Of a DNA stretch of 64,000 bases, positions 52,654 to 64,000 are shown in pieces. The DNA is taken from the NCBI RefSeq assembly GCF_001194135.2, contig NC_068985.1, positions 35,832,082-35,896,081 on the forward strand, read 5' to 3'. The notes beneath the pieces were generated by a model that was given only the letters and a program-made list of their open reading frames with translations, had not been told where the DNA came from and ran no database searches. A program made the position numbers and the translations under genes. Numbering within the stretch: the stretch's first letter is position 1; each line of letters starts with the position of its first letter. The DNA comes from Octopus bimaculoides. Lineage: Eukaryota.

Positions 52654-52812
52654 CTCCCGAAGTGGTTGGCGTTAGGAAGGCATCCAGCTGTAGAAACTCT
52701 GCCAAATTAGATTGGAGCCTTGTGTTGCCATCCGGTTTCACCAGTCCTCAGTCAAATCGTCCAACCCATGCTAGCATGGAAAGCGGACGTTAAACGATGA
52801 TGATGATGATGA
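52654..52812 (+). mobile_element. Young 5'-truncated RTE/SINE tail ending (GAT)n
   Basis: Differs from 31256-31400 by about two changes over ~140 bp. Confidence 0.85.
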
Positions 52813-55689
52813 TTAGTGTGCATAATTTATGTTTCAGTTTTTAGTTCAAACTATACATTTTTTAAATTAACTAATTTGTGACATGGAAAAGAAACTCTGA
52901 AAAAAGAAAAGGTTAGGTCTGTTTGATTAAAATAGAGATCAAAGGTAATTATTTTTGAAATTCTGGCTACATGATACAAGTATTAGTTAGCTATACAGAA
53001 CTTTTTTTGATAGATCTACTTCTTCATCATATTTAGCATTAAAATAAAGAAATGCTAAGGTGGCCTAATATCTCCAGAACCTTAAAATCTTTTTACATTA
53101 CCTACATGTCAACTTCATAGAAACAATATCAGCACAGAGCAACCTTGAATTCAATAAGTAAAATATAAGAATTTGATATTGATTTGAATATTATCTTTTG
53201 TAAATAATATATACTTTCCACATTATTTGCATTAATTTAAATCAGAATTGATTTGGTACTCTTACATGTGAAGTATGTCATATTAACTGCAGTTTCAATC
53301 AGTGTGATTTATAAAGTGTATGAATGCTTCTGGCATAAAACAAAAAATTATTGGGGAACTGTAACCCCCTTGTATCACAGACATGTAATCTTTGACTAAT
53401 TTAATCCTCATTGAAGCCATTTCCTAATACTGGGAGACAGCAATTGTTCTTGGCATTTTTAAAAAAATATATATGTCATTTTTAGAATCACTAAAAGTTT
53501 CCATTATTTTGCTAAAACGTGATCTTTTATTCTTTTTTTTTTTATTCTTCATGTTTGCCAGTTGATGGCATTTTATTTTAAGTATTCTTCACTTGCTTCG
53601 TAACAAAGAACCTCTTCTCAGAATTTAGCAAAACTGAACTGTTGTCACTGTTACAACAGTCACTATCATTTCAGTATTGAAAAAGAAATCAATAATAACT
53701 GTAATAAAAACTTGTCACAAGATCCCTCTCTCCAATTTTAGTCAGTATCTTGCCTCAAAACATTAGGTAAAATGTAGCCTGAGTGTTGAAGCTTTAGAGA
53801 TGAAAACTAATAGCCTCTATTGGTTCACTTGACTGTGATGTTTGTAATGTAGGACTGTCTGCCTCTCTAATCAGACACCATCTGACTTAGCATGTTGGCA
53901 AAAGTTGAAATATTTCAGCTGTTAATATCGTATGAAATAAACGAGAATATTTATTAACATATTAATTGTTAGACTTCCGAGTTTATTTTTGTGAAACATT
54001 TTCTCCTTTTTTTTGATATACAAGCATACATATTTTCTTACTGTTTTCTTTCATTATCTTTTTATACTCATATAAGCTTAGACATTTTCAAGAATATTTC
54101 ACTAATGGTGGCTATCATTTCTACATTTTCTCCTTTTATGTACTGTCTAGCTCAGAGGCAGGAAATTTTTAATATTGAAATGCTGCATTAAAATCACATT
54201 GGGTTATAGTCTGCAAATTCATAGCGTAGCACAGTGTCACATTTCAATATAAATACATGTTCACTAAATTTAAATAAAATTTAGAGCCCAAAGTGTGTCA
54301 AATCACACACAAACTAATAATACTTTAGGAAAATAACAGATGAGTTTGTAGAAATAAAAGCAATAATAGATTATATATTATTTTCCTCTTATTTAATAAA
54401 TGCTAACAAAAAAAAATCTTGATGGACCTTGTTGGAAAAATAATGCAATAGTTATTACATAATACAATTTGAAAATACAGGGTTAATACATCGTTGAAAT
54501 ACATTGTCAATGTAATTGATCTTAATTTGTAACATCAATTAAGGTAAAGCTTATATGGATGTGTTTTTGAACGTGTGTATTAATAAGTTTATTAGATGTA
54601 GAGATGGGTTACAGACAATGTTTATGAATATTTTAGTGTTTTACAAAGTTGAATGAAGTGTGTAGTACATGTTATAATATTATTTTGTTTGTGGAGTCCA
54701 ATAATGTATTATAGAAATAATATATTTTATTTTTCAATTAAATAATACATTGTAGAATCATATCATGTCATTTTTAGAACACTGTATGCTAGTGGATCTT
54801 GGGATAGAAGTAGTAGACTTGAAAATTAATGTACATGTTTTCCAAAATGATCAAAATAGATATCCCCAAAGATTTCTTATTCTGTTTAACATGTGCCATG
54901 ATTAAAGTTGAAAGAGAATCAGTTCTGTTCTCTACAGAGAATGTTAAATAATATGCTTATCATGGCTGCCAGAGAAAGTAAGATGAGGACTGAATAAATG
55001 GTCAACTTGTCTGGTGTTAGATGAATGATTTAAGAGAGAATTAATGTGGTTACTAATTATTTTTCTTAACTATCATACTGTTTAAGCAAACTACTGTTTG
55101 AATGCTTTTCTCTCTGCTCTGTTTGTATATAATATAGAATCAGGATTTGAACTAGAAATAATAAACTTATTTTTTTTATTCAGTTTTTTGAAAGTATTTT
55201 TAAAATTAATTTTTAGCTTGTTAGTTTGAGGTGCATAGAGTTCTTTGCTTAAGGGTGTAATATAATAGCAACTTTTTGAAAACGTCTACTTTTTTTTTAT
55301 ATACATTGTTGACTATGTAAACTGAATACTAAGAGTTAAATGTTAATGAAATGATCATTTTTATTTGACATTAGAGAAAGGAGCAGTTGGTCAAATTCAG
55401 TCATATTAATTTTTTGATAAGAGCAAATAAGTTCCAGAAGGAATTTTAGTAGAAATAAGGAAGAATGAAAGTTATAGTAGGAGTATACAGTATCCTAACT
55501 GTAGAAGAGAGTGATTACAAACTGGAATATCAGTGGAAGTGTTCCTATTAACCCTGCATCAGATTATTTATCTAGAAATGATATTATCTACTTGGTGTGT
55601 CAAGAATATGAAGAAGACACCAGCAATAATTACTTCATTTTTGGACAGAAAAATTTTACATATATATCACAATCATTTGATTCTGTATT

Positions 55690-55968
55690 CTATGCTGGCA
55701 TGGATTAGTTTGACAAGATCTGACAAGCCCCTGTCCTGTGTTGAACTCCAATGTCAACTTTGGCTTGATTTCTGTGGCTGGATGTACTTCCTAACTTCAA
55801 CCACTTTACAGTGTGTACTGGGTGCTTGTTTTGTATTTGGGAGACTAACTATGGAAAGCTTCGAGGGATTGGAGCCTGGTGTAGCCATCCGGTTGCACCA
55901 GTCCTCAGTCAAATCGTCCAACCCATGCTAGCATGGAAAGCGGACGTTAAACGATGATGATGATGATG
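55690..55968. mobile_element. Old minus-strand and young plus-strand RTE tails, head to head
   Basis: 55690-55830 is a diverged reverse-complement tail; 55868-55968 is near-identical to 52710-52812. Confidence 0.7.
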
Positions 55969-56089
55969 AAGTACTAGCAATATGGTTCAAGTGCATTTCA
56001 AAGGGCTGTTTAAGCCATACTTGTTCATTAACATCATTTGATCACTGTCTCCAGTGATCTAAAGTTGTTAATTAGTAAGCATGATTTAT

Positions 56090-57270
56090 TACATGACACA
56101 AGGCCATGCATTTGTTGAGGAATGTTAACAGAATTAATTCCAGTGCACTTATATTTTACTGATCTTGTAAAAATGAAAGTCAAAGTTGGTCTTGGCAATA
56201 AGTAACCTCTGAACTTGAACAGACAAGACTAAATATCATTAAGATTTAGTCTAAGACCCTACTATTTCTGCTGTGCCACTGCTTTGATATAAACAGTAAT
56301 AATTGTTCCTAATAGGCATAAGGTCAGATGCTTGGACCAACCTCAGTATTTCACTGATACTTCGTATTATCAACTGGAAGGAAAGAGGTAAAAATGATCT
56401 TGCTGGGATTTTAACTTAAAACTTAAAGAGCTGGAACAGATATCCCAAGGAGTTTCTTCTGATACTCTTTAATAATGATTACTTAAGCACAAGGTACCAA
56501 ATTTGGGTGAAAAGTACAATTGTTTATATCAACTTCACTACTTGACATGTACTTTTCACTTCCAGAAGGATGAAAGGCAAAGTTCATCTTGGCAGGATGG
56601 CTCTAATAATAATTATTAATTATTATTGTTAATAATAATAATAATACTAATAATATTTTCTACTAAAAGCACAAGACCTGAAGTTTGGGGGAAGGGGGTC
56701 TAGTCAATTACAAAGACCCCAGTGTTTTACTGATACTTATTTCATTGGCCCCAAAAGGATTAAAGGCAAAGCCAACCTTGGCGGAATTTGAACTCAAAAC
56801 ATAAAGATGGATGAAATGCTGCTAAGCATTTTGCCTGGTGTGCTCATGATTCTGCCTGCTCGCTGCCTTAATAATAATAATAATAGTAATAATAATAATA
56901 ATAATCCTTTATACTATAGGTACAAGGCCTGAAATTTGGAGGAAGAGGCCAGTCGATTAGATCAACCTCAATACACAACTGGTACTTAATTTATCAACTC
57001 CAAAAGCATGAAAGGCAAAGTCAACCTTGGCAGAATTTGAACTCAAAATGTAAAGACAGATAAAATGTTGCTAAGCATTTTGCCCAGGGTGCTAACAATT
57101 CTGCCAGCTTGCTGCCATAATAATAATAATAATAATAAAAGCCAGAAAATTAGGGAGATGGGTTAATTGATTAAATTAAGTACTTGAGTAATACTTTAAG
57201 AAAGACAAATTTTTTCCCAGTGGGATTTTAACTCAGAATATAAAGAATCAGAGCAAATACTGATGTCCAA
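56090..57270 (-). mobile_element. Stack of about six same-orientation Meta-like SINE copies separated by (AAT)n
   Basis: Well-preserved copies 56657-56868 and 56905-57117; degenerate ones at ~56090-56240, 56310-56470, 56480-56605, 57135-57270; all align with 18500-18713. Confidence 0.75.
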
Positions 57271-59149
57271 ATGATTCAGTTTATTCACTCTTCAGTAATA
57301 ATAACTTTGTGTATTTGTAACACTCTTTGATTGATTTTTCCGATGAACTAATCCAGTGTTATGCTATCATCCATCAGATTTTACCAGCTCTCTTATTTAC
57401 ATTGGAGGGATAGTGATGTTTTATTTTTTATACACAGGACATAAACTGATGGGATATAAACTCACTAAACTCACAATATTTCAGTCAAGGTTGATAACTC
57501 CACTCAGACATTGTGATTTCTCATATTAGTTATGATTATAGCCTAACTGAGACAGAACATTAACTGTCAAAACTGTGATTTAAAAAAACAAACTAGACAG
57601 TGATGATTCATATTGCCTTAAACATTGAGACACTTTTATGCCAAATAGTTCACTGAGTTAAAAAAAAAAAACTAAACAAAACAAAAAAACCCTGTTATAT
57701 CCAATTTTTTATTGGATTGGTTTGGAGGAAGGAGCTGTGCCTATGACCTACACAGACTCTCAAGCCCAAAGTGATCTGTACGATTGAAGTTTGTCTCGAG
57801 CAAGAAAACATGTGCAGGGATGGAATTACAAATGGCAGGGTTCTGAAGAAGGACTGAGTGTAGTGATTAGTGTTGATGTGGGTAACAACTGCATAGAGAT
57901 GGCACAAGGCCCTCCAGCTCCCAGGAACAGACCAATGTAGTAATGCAGAAAATAGAAGGCAGAGAGAGTTAGGCTGCAATTATTACTAATATTGAGAAAT
58001 CATAATGCTTGAGTGGAGCTATCAGCCTTGACTGAAATATGGTGAGTTTAAATCCCATCACTTCGACTACAATGTCTGTGTAAAACAAAACATCACTAAC
58101 CCTCCAACTTAAGTAAGAGAGCTGGTAAAATTTGCTGGACGATAGCACAACATTGGATTATTTCATAGGAAAAGTCAATCAAGGAGTATTAGAAATACAC
58201 ATAGTTATTATTACTGAACAGTAAATAAACTGAATCATTTGTACATCAGTATTTTCTCTGGTTCTTTAAGTTCTGATTTAAAATCCCACTGGGGTGAAGT
58301 TTGCATATCTGTGTGTGTGGACTAGAGGTTGGAATGTGTTGCTCTCTAGATATGAGGTCAGTTATCCATTGTAGGTTTCACTTGAGATATGTAGAGTTAG
58401 TAGATGTAGGGGATTGAAGTATTTTCCAGTTCTTAAGAGGAAAGCTAGCCTTTGTAATGCAGTCTTTACCTTGCATTTGTTAGACAAGATCTTCAGTGAT
58501 GATGTGGCCTAACATTTTTTGAACTTGAGAGTTAATTTATTGTAAGGAGTTTAAAAAATTACACATTTTGTCCTTTTAAGAGAAAGAATACAAAGACCAG
58601 TACTACAGTCGTGGAAAAGTACCGTGGAGGGATGTATGTGTGGGAAGAGAGGCAGGAAAGGACAGTATGAGTAGTGTGTGAGAGATACGGTCTAGGAGGA
58701 AATAAAGCGAATGGGACGGGGTGGTAAAAGTTTCTGGCAAAAACCAGGTCATTTGAAATGGTAGGGAAGTGGTGTAGGCCAGGTCAAGTTAGATAAGTGT
58801 GAAGGTAAAAGGTTGGACGGAAGAACAATTGCAAAATAAAACAGACATACGATATCAGATGAGGAAAAGGAAAAGGGTGCGAAGAAAGTAATTAATGAAC
58901 TTTGTGAATTGTTATGAATTATAAAACAAACAAATCAATAAATAATGACTCGACGTGTAGAGTGGAGAATAGAGTACTGACTTCGTGAAAATAGTAAATG
59001 TGCACTAACTGTAGATGACTTTCAGCAACGTAGTATATGTAGTGAATGTGTGAAAATATGTGAATGCATAAACTGTATGACAAAGTATGCGTACATAAAT
59101 TAACTCCTCACCACAAGAATTGTTACAAATGCAAACTCAGCTTGCGCAT

Positions 59150-60110
59150 GTTTGTAGAGTACTCAACAGTCTCTATCATAAACGATGCATTCTAGCATCG
59201 TTCAACTCACAGAACCTCTTAGAAAAAAACAAAAAAACAAAAAAGACCAGGTGTACACTGATGTACCCACTTCTTTGTAACCATTTTCATCTCATCTGTA
59301 TCATCAAATCTCTGCCCCTCACTGAAAACTGTCTTTCATTGGACCGCACAGTAAGCATTGAAGGGTGCCAAATCCGGCATGTACGATGGATGAAGAACCA
59401 CTGGTCAACCCCTATCTGATTATTGCCTGATTTGTTGCCAAAGATATGTCTCCTCGTGCAGTCATGGTAAATATTGAATCGTTTTAAGACTCTTGGTTGG
59501 TCTTTTCCTCCTAATGTCCTCTCTAAGTTTTTTGAATGTCGCAGTGTATCGCCCGCTGTTCACAGTACAGTCACGTTCCAGAAAATCAAGGTGAATGACA
59601 CCATTGTCATCTCACCAAAGCAATCATCATAACTTGTTGTATAATCGCTAGTTCTTGAACTTCTTAGACACTAGAGAAGAAGTGTAACGCTATGCAATAG
59701 ATAGTCTTCGTTTCCAAATCATAAAGATACACCCATGTTTCATTCCCTGTCACCAGATCGAGTGAAGTAGATGTTTATTTATTGCTTCAAACGCTTCTGG
59801 CAAATCAGAGCATACTTCGACCTTTCTCTCCGTCAAACTACCGAGGTACTAACTTTGCACACTTTCTCATATCCAAGGTCTTCCACCATCTTTAATGCAT
59901 TGTGACCACCAGTCAAGCTGTGCTGCAAGCTCACTGAACGCCTGTACGAATCAATTCGTCCACTCGTTGGCGATTTGTGTTAGTTGTTGCAGTTGATGGT
60001 CTCCTACTAAAGGGTTGTCTTCAGTGTTGGTTTCCTCTTCTTTAAACTTCTTCCATCTATGCATATTGCTTTCATCTATGGTGTCATCTCCATGGAGCTG
60101 TAGCTCCGTT
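59150..60110 (-). mobile_element. Mariner D,D34D transposase pseudogene
   Basis: LVTGNETWVYLYDLETK; DNGVIHLDFLERDCTVNSGRY; HPSYMPDLAP (YSPDLAP motif); many stops; TIRs not established. Confidence 0.85.
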
Positions 60111-60295
60111 GCTCTTTTGTCAAGAAATCAATGTTAGTAAGTCGTTTCTGTTTGGAACCCATTATTTGCCTGCAATTAAAACTGGAAGAAAAGTTACTAA
60201 AGAGGAAGAGTTACTCTACCAACATGTGCCATTTGAACAACCTGTATCAGTTAATAAAAATAAGTTAGGCTCACATTTACGTTACATTTCGAGGC

Positions 60296-60341
<46 letters not shown>

Positions 60342-60749
60342 AAAACCAAACGAGCAAAAAAAGATGAAAAAAAATCATAAAAGAATTGAAATTAGTTCTC
60401 TGTCTACGAGAACTGCATGTTTGTCGCACAACTGGTTATAAGCACACGTAAATAACTACATCAGCTTGGGTGAACAGTGAAAAGGATGAGATGGCGGACA
60501 GAATCAGAGGAAACGGAGGCGTGCATTCAAGTCACCAGGAATAGAAATTTCCATGTTGAGGATAAACCTAAAGAAAAATCTCCGTGTACATTCTAAACGT
60601 CCCTTTCTAAGTGAATATTTTCAGCTTATAGTAGAATAAATTTACTTAATCTGAAATCTCTTACTAGTGTAATTAGGAGAGATGCAAGTCAGTCGATAAC
60701 GTCGAAACAGTGGTCAATTTCTTGAAGGATGGTTCGCTGGTGACATAAA

Positions 60750-61190
60750 GACCAAAGATACTTTGCCCCACGGAGTAACTGTAGGATCTTTCGAAATACT
60801 GCAAGCTCTTCTTCTGGTGATGATTAAAGCTATTGCAATGTTGGAAGCTCTTCGGTATTATTCACAAGTGTGTGAGGGTCACAAGCTTTTTCCCCCTTAG
60901 CCTGTACATTTCTCCTGAATGAAGTAGCAATGACTGAATTAGCCTTCGCCTACAGAAGGATTCCATTTGTGGTCTTTTGTCAACCACAACGACCTTGAAC
61001 TGGTTTCAGCTGCCAAGGCAACCTCCTTGGTGGTTTTCTTCGTTTTTTGGGGGGGTTCCAAATCGATCTGTTGCAGGAAATAGATGTTTTCACTGTTCTG
61101 TTCCTTTGAATGAGGTTTAATATGAGCTGTTGGTAGTTCTTTTTCTGACAGTTCTTCACTCGGAATTTTTAGCGTGCAGTCGTCCATTTT
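60750..61190 (-). mobile_element. Fragment homologous to the 3' part of the HERO-like element at 30560-30790
   Basis: Nucleotide similarity (gaaggctaattcagtcattgctac..tacaggctaagg versus gaagactagctcagtctttgctac..tacaggctaagg); K-W containing peptide in both. Confidence 0.45.
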
Positions 61191-62199
61191 TTATTGACTG
61201 GAAAAACAGAATGCAGCTTTAAACACCATGGTTGTTGGGCCAAGAACATTAATTTTTCTTTGACTTTGTGTGTTGCGAGAGGAATGATGGAGAGAGGCCT
61301 AATTTATGAGGAACATAACTGAAGGGAAATATTTTTGATCGTTCCTAGATGGAACATGTACTGTGAGATGAAGATGAATTCCAATTACTGAAATGCGAAC
61401 TGCAGACTATCAGTACTCGTGAAATAGTCACGAGTACTATATGATTGCTGGATATTTACATAGAACTGTGAAATGCATAATTTCATTTGAAATTATGTTT
61501 TATTCCGAACTGTTTTTTTCTTGAGATACAGTAAAATTCATGCAGGTAGTACTGAATGTATAGTTTTAACAGAGAACATCTTTGAAATCAATATTCTTTA
61601 TATAACATTTACTTTTTCTAACTTGAGAGTAGTAATCTTTTATTTTATCTTTACGCCAATAAGTGAACTAGTTTATTTCTCTTTGACATGACATTGTGAC
61701 TGTTTTATTAAAATTATTTAAAAATTGTTGAAAAAAGTATCAAATGCTCTAAACAATCTTTAATTATGAAGTGAAATCACTGTACGACATCTTTCATTTC
61801 ATATCAAAGTGTAGTTTATTTGGCCTTGGCCCGTCCAATATACATGTACATGTTTATAATCACTTTATTTAAATATTTAATTCATAGTGTCATGTTTTAA
61901 CGAATAATAAAAATATTTTATCTGTAATTTATATCTATAATATTATGTCTTCGATTTCGTTCTATAGTTATAGAGTATTAGTAACCTTTTTGGAGTTAAA
62001 ACTTGCCATCTTACGTTTAGCAAACGGCAATTTCTTGCACAAAGGCTCATGCGTTAAATCATTCGGTGTTATTTTATTATTTTAATTTTAAATTTTGCCC
62101 TACAAAAATATATACCGTATTTACTTGTGTATAAGTTTCACTATATTACATTCGATCTTAGCTGAAAAGAAACTGTAGTGCGAGGCAAAGCTAAAACTA

Positions 62200-63010
62200 C
62201 AAAGGGAAAAAATTTTCAATAGGAACACGGTGAAGCTGTCATACGCAGCATAACATAACCTAAAATATTATATTCATAAACTTAACAATAAGAGGCTGAA
62301 CCGAGAAGCTAACAACACCAGCGAAAAGATGCAAATTAACATATGCCCATAGATAATAATAACAATAGTAATGGAGATGATTATCATGCCAGTTCATATA
62401 ATTGCAATATAAGCAATAATATTGACAATAGTAAGAATAGTATAAATAACGATGATAATGTTGAGAATTTTGATAAAGACATTGGGAACAACAATAATAG
62501 TGACAACGAAAGCAATAATAATAATAATAATAATAATAATTGCAGAACCATTAAGATAAATAGAAACATAAGAAAAGTTTGTAATGATGAATTCAAAAAC
62601 AGCATAGTAAGGAAATGCAATTGTTGAAAGAAAGCCGCATGTCCTCTAGGAAATGAGTACCTCCGCAATAACATTGTATACAGATGCACGGTCGGGATTA
62701 GAGCAAAGGTCTTTGCATATATAGATGCAACAAATGATTACTTTAAAAAATCATTGGCGTAATCACGTTGCATCACTTCGTAACATCGTCAACAGTACAG
62801 CTCGTCCTTGACCAATCTGATTTGGAATCTTAGAAAAAGAGGATAAATTATAATATATCCTGGTCGGTGGTTAGAAATGCATACCAATACAATGCATATT
62901 CCAAATTATGCAATTATTGCTCGGAGGAGACACATGTGGAAAGATGAACTTATTATCAGACACTCTGAACTCGTCGCAAAATATAACCATTGGATCAAAT
63001 ATTTCTTTAA
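62200..63010 (+). mobile_element. Penelope-like element 3' part: RT thumb end, Asn-expanded linker, GIY-YIG endonuclease (decayed)
   Basis: KIFNRNTVKLSY; CNC*KKAACPLGNEYLRNNIVYRCTV..AYID; LTNLIWNLR; YNISWSVV..KLCNYCSEE; RHSELVAKYNH. Confidence 0.88.
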
Positions 63011-63291
63011 GGAATTTGGAGAAAAAAAAATGCTTATTAAACATTCTATTCATTTGTTTATTTAATTATATATATGTATACATTTTTGTTGTGCAATATT
63101 CCACCAACTAGTGTGAATATACCTATATATCGGTATTCATGTAGAGTAAAAGTATGTAATGCTTTTATTTGCTTTTAGTTAATTATATGTGCATATGATT
63201 TTGGCCGTGCAATATCCCACCAATTGATGCATGCATACATATATCAGTATTTCTGTAGCAGAACGAATATCTAATATATTTAAAACTATGC

Positions 63292-63626
63292 ATGTCCCCT
63301 AGGTAACTAATGCAAGACCCGAAATGTCGTGTACAAGTGCACCGTAAATACTAGAGGAGGTCCCTACGTATATATCGGTGCATTGGACGACATTTTCAAA
63401 AATAGATACAGAAACCGCATCGCCAGCTTCCTAAAAATCTTTAAACGACACGCAACATCATTGGCCGATTTCATTTGGTGACTCAAGGAAGAGAAAGTAA
63501 AATATAGCCTAATCTGGTCAATAACTAGATGCATGAGTCCTTACAACACATTATCCCGGAAATGCCAGCTATATTCCGAGGAATCGCTGTCAATATTGTT
63601 GACAAAGAGCGAATTATAAATAGATT
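63292..63626 (+). mobile_element. Second Penelope-like GIY-YIG remnant
   Basis: CPLGN*CKTRNVVYKCTVNTRGGPYVYIGALDDIFKNRYRNRIASF..LADFIW*LKEEKVKYSLIWSI..PYNTLSRKCQLYSEE. Confidence 0.88.
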
Positions 63627-64000
63627 TGTAGTAACGCCGTGCGCATGCGTGGAATCTCTTTCTCGGTCGGCCGACCATGAGCATGGACGTGTCAAGCAGT
63701 GTCTCCAACATTCCAACTCTGGAGACAGTCTCTACGTGTTTAGCTGTCTCTCTCCATCTTTCGGACTTACGCTCGACAGCTCGCTTACATCTACATACCA
63801 AACGTCCAAACAACAATGCTCACACACACAGAAGCTGTAACAACAAGAGCTAAAGATTTATGTATTTACCACCTGAATAAAGTGTTGTTTAAGTTGATAG
63901 TCTGGAGTTCAGCGTTCCGTTTAATTTCTAATTTTATATAGGAAAGTCAGGTATACATCTAATGATGTATAACCAACTTTCCTATACTGGTGACCCCCGA
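63627..64000 (+). mobile_element. 5' LTR plus tRNA-Trp-type primer binding site of an LTR retrotransposon continuing beyond the window
   Basis: Starts TGTAG (63627), ends CTATA (63986; CA>TA), internal AATAAA; followed after one base by TGGTGACCCCCGA, resembling the complement of the tRNA-Trp 3' end (TGGTGACCCCGA) with one extra C. Confidence 0.7.

Noticed and set aside
55511-55708. 65-aa ORF as an extra ILRUN exon
   Set aside because: No ILRUN similarity or clear splice signals; it runs into an RTE tail; exon 5 at 44905 already supplies a stop.
60675-60725. GTC..GAAACAGTGGTC hammerhead-like tail
   Set aside because: No CTGANGA core and no convincing stem I or II.
62625-62627. In-frame TGA right after CNC in the Penelope-like ORF, as a possible selenocysteine codon
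   Set aside because: It occupies the usual Arg position of CNCR (CGA>TGA decay), not a Cys position, and the frame has further TAA stops and frameshifts.
63065-63270. Two ~100-bp imperfect direct repeats after the first GIY-YIG remnant, as hammerhead-bearing pLTRs
   Set aside because: The repeat is real and may be pLTR-derived, but no GAAA/NUH arrangement fits on either strand.

Overview
AT-rich, microsatellite-laden animal genomic DNA with several N gaps. The repeat families (tRNA/CORE-type SINEs, RTE tails ending in (GAT)n, huge TA/CA fields) point to an octopus/coleoid cephalopod; that assignment is an inference. One host gene is clear: a + strand ILRUN/C6orf106 orthologue in five coding exons (8844-9001, 27243-27397, 35330-35527, 41146-41375, 44905-45009; 281 aa), the last exon being a prediction. 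Nearly everything else is decayed mobile DNA: Helitron, mariner, pogo/Tigger, Sola-like, R4/Rex6-like, HERO-like, L2/Crack, two RTE families, Gypsy, LTRs, Penelope-like GIY-YIG remnants and SINEs. The most unexpected signal is three unrelated small non-coding elements carrying hammerhead-ribozyme folds: two minimal type I motifs in inverted-plus-tandem pseudo-LTR architectures (3654-4193, 4876-5482), and a tandem pair of type III-like motifs 286 nt apart in ILRUN intron 3 (39412-39841). All copies show core or stem damage, so activity is unproven. Several long fold-back structures lie in or just downstream of the gene. All alignments and homology calls were made by eye or from memory; no searches were run.
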